Source: Octopus sinensis
Lineage: Eukaryota
Reading direction: 5' to 3'
NCBI RefSeq assembly: GCF_006345805.1
Contig: NC_043006.1
Location: 50,654,001-50,718,000, forward strand
Length of the DNA stretch: 64,000 nt
This document shows positions 62,520-64,000 of this stretch, in pieces (positions within the stretch are counted from its first letter, which is position 1; every line of letters begins with the position of its first letter). Under the pieces are notes generated by a model that was not told the origin of the DNA, did no database searches, and was given only the letters and a program-made list of their open reading frames with translations. The translations under genes and the position numbers were made by a program.

Positions 62520-63560
62520 TCTAAATGCATAATCTCGTGTGATAGTATCAAAACTGGATTACGCTCTACCATGGCTTTCTATCCAAAGTTGCCATGATCC
62601 GGTTGTGTAATTACTAGCTTATATCTCAGTTCAGATCTATTCTGATTTGTCTTACATCATGTCGGCTACGAACAGAGTAGTCGAGTTTCCTCGAATAAAT
62701 TAATAGAATATCCTTCAGTTTTTTAGACATGCTCAAGATGACGGACGTTTCACTGTACTAATATATTTTTCAAGCTAAAGACATTAGCTTTATTTAGGAT
62801 TATGATGTTCTTGATCTTGTCTTTCTAGATGATGTTCATGATCAGTGTCGGGTTTCTCATCAGGAATACGAGTATTTTTCTGTTCCATCCACGCCTCTGT
62901 TCCATACGGTAGAGCAGATAATACCGTTGTTCAGTATGAACTGCACTTATTTGGCCTACATAATTCTTGTTCCACAATCACTCTTTCAAATATCCTAATC
63001 TTTAACTGGCCTTACCTTTTAATCAAGTTCTTCACTGAGACTACCTTCACTACCGATTATGCCTCTTCAATAGGCAAAGTGGCTAGCCTCTACTAACTTC
63101 ATTAGACAGAGCCACTTGGTTCATTCCCAGAGCTAAGCTGATGGAGAAAAGGTCTTCTTTATCTTAATATTCAATTTGAGCCGAGTTGTCTCTGCCAAAA
63201 GCATCAACTAAATTTCGCACTACAGAATTCAAGAATACATTCGTCAGCAAAAGCATTTCTTGCATGTATGTGTGTATATGGCTTCGGATAAGCGACAGAA
63301 TGCCTACTCGAACTTTGCTGTCAAATAATGTTGGTGATAAGAAGCTGCCTTGCTTGACTTCCGCCTTCACTCTAACATCAAACTCTTCAGATCGAGTTAT
63401 ACGAATGAAACCTTTCGGAAATGCAACACTTATTCAATGGTTTACTGTAGAGAAAGGACTCATGAAGTCAACAAAGACCATATATAGTCATTGTTTTGTT
63501 CCACACATTTCCCTTGGATCTGGCTGACACAGGACTCTATATCTACAGTGTTTCTTCTGA
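62520..63560 (-). pseudogene. Decayed RTE-type LINE RT region
   Basis: RSEEFDVRVKAEVKQGSFLSPTLF (GVKQG..LSPTLF motif). Confidence 0.7.
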
Positions 63561-64000
63561 AACCCCGTTGTGTTCTTAGTAAAAATACTGTCATTTTCTC
63601 ACTCAGTTTGCTAATCAGCAAATTTGTAGCATTTAATGCAATCCGAGTTACCTCTCTTTAATGTCATGGCTGACTTTGCCTTACGCGGTTTATAAATTAA
63701 ATATCAGATCAATTAGTGATGGATAGAATAGACAAAAACACTCTGAAAACGTGCAAACATGTTACCAGCAGAATTATATTGAATGGTGGTAAATATTTAT
63801 CAGTCAAATACTTTATGTCGTCTCTAGCAATCTGCTGCGAATTCTGATGCTGATGAGCAATAAATCGTGGCTCCATTTAAGATGTACGTCAATCTGGTTA
63901 TAGAAGGTCACCTAACTAAGATTGGAAAATGTCTCTCTATTCAAACTTGTAAGCAAAAACAAAAATCAAATCTAACCCGTCTCAAGCTTCAACAATAAAG

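Noticed and set aside
943-63527. Most ORFs in the supplied track (YI-, CV-, HT-, IYLS-, PSVR-repeat peptides)
   Set aside because: They are stop-free read-through of microsatellites or antisense frames of SINEs and LINEs.

Overview
Eukaryotic, very AT-rich and repeat-saturated DNA with one 100-N scaffold gap. The SINE families and microsatellite load point to an octopod cephalopod, probably Octopus (inference, not database-verified). No host protein-coding gene can be confidently called. Most ORFs in the supplied track are microsatellite read-through or the antisense frames of repeats. Recognisable content: many tRNA-derived SINEs in about five modular families; decayed LINEs (CR1/L2-like, RTE, R4/Dong-type with a restriction-like endonuclease); Tc1, mariner and DD37D-like transposon remnants and MITEs; an intron-containing tRNA-Leu(CAA) pseudogene; and fragments resembling Penelope-like element (PLE) ends. 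The main signal is about 15 type-I hammerhead ribozyme (HHR) motifs from several unrelated repeat families, found by manual folding. Several have an intact core. Others carry compensatory changes at the catalytic 3-8 pair (U3-A8 in three families; one SINE-interrupted G3-C8 candidate), U4C or A6U variants, an extra nucleotide after A9, or long helix-II insertions. Many sit in or beside local inverted duplications. Ribozyme activity is predicted from sequence only. Boundaries of repeat copies are approximate.
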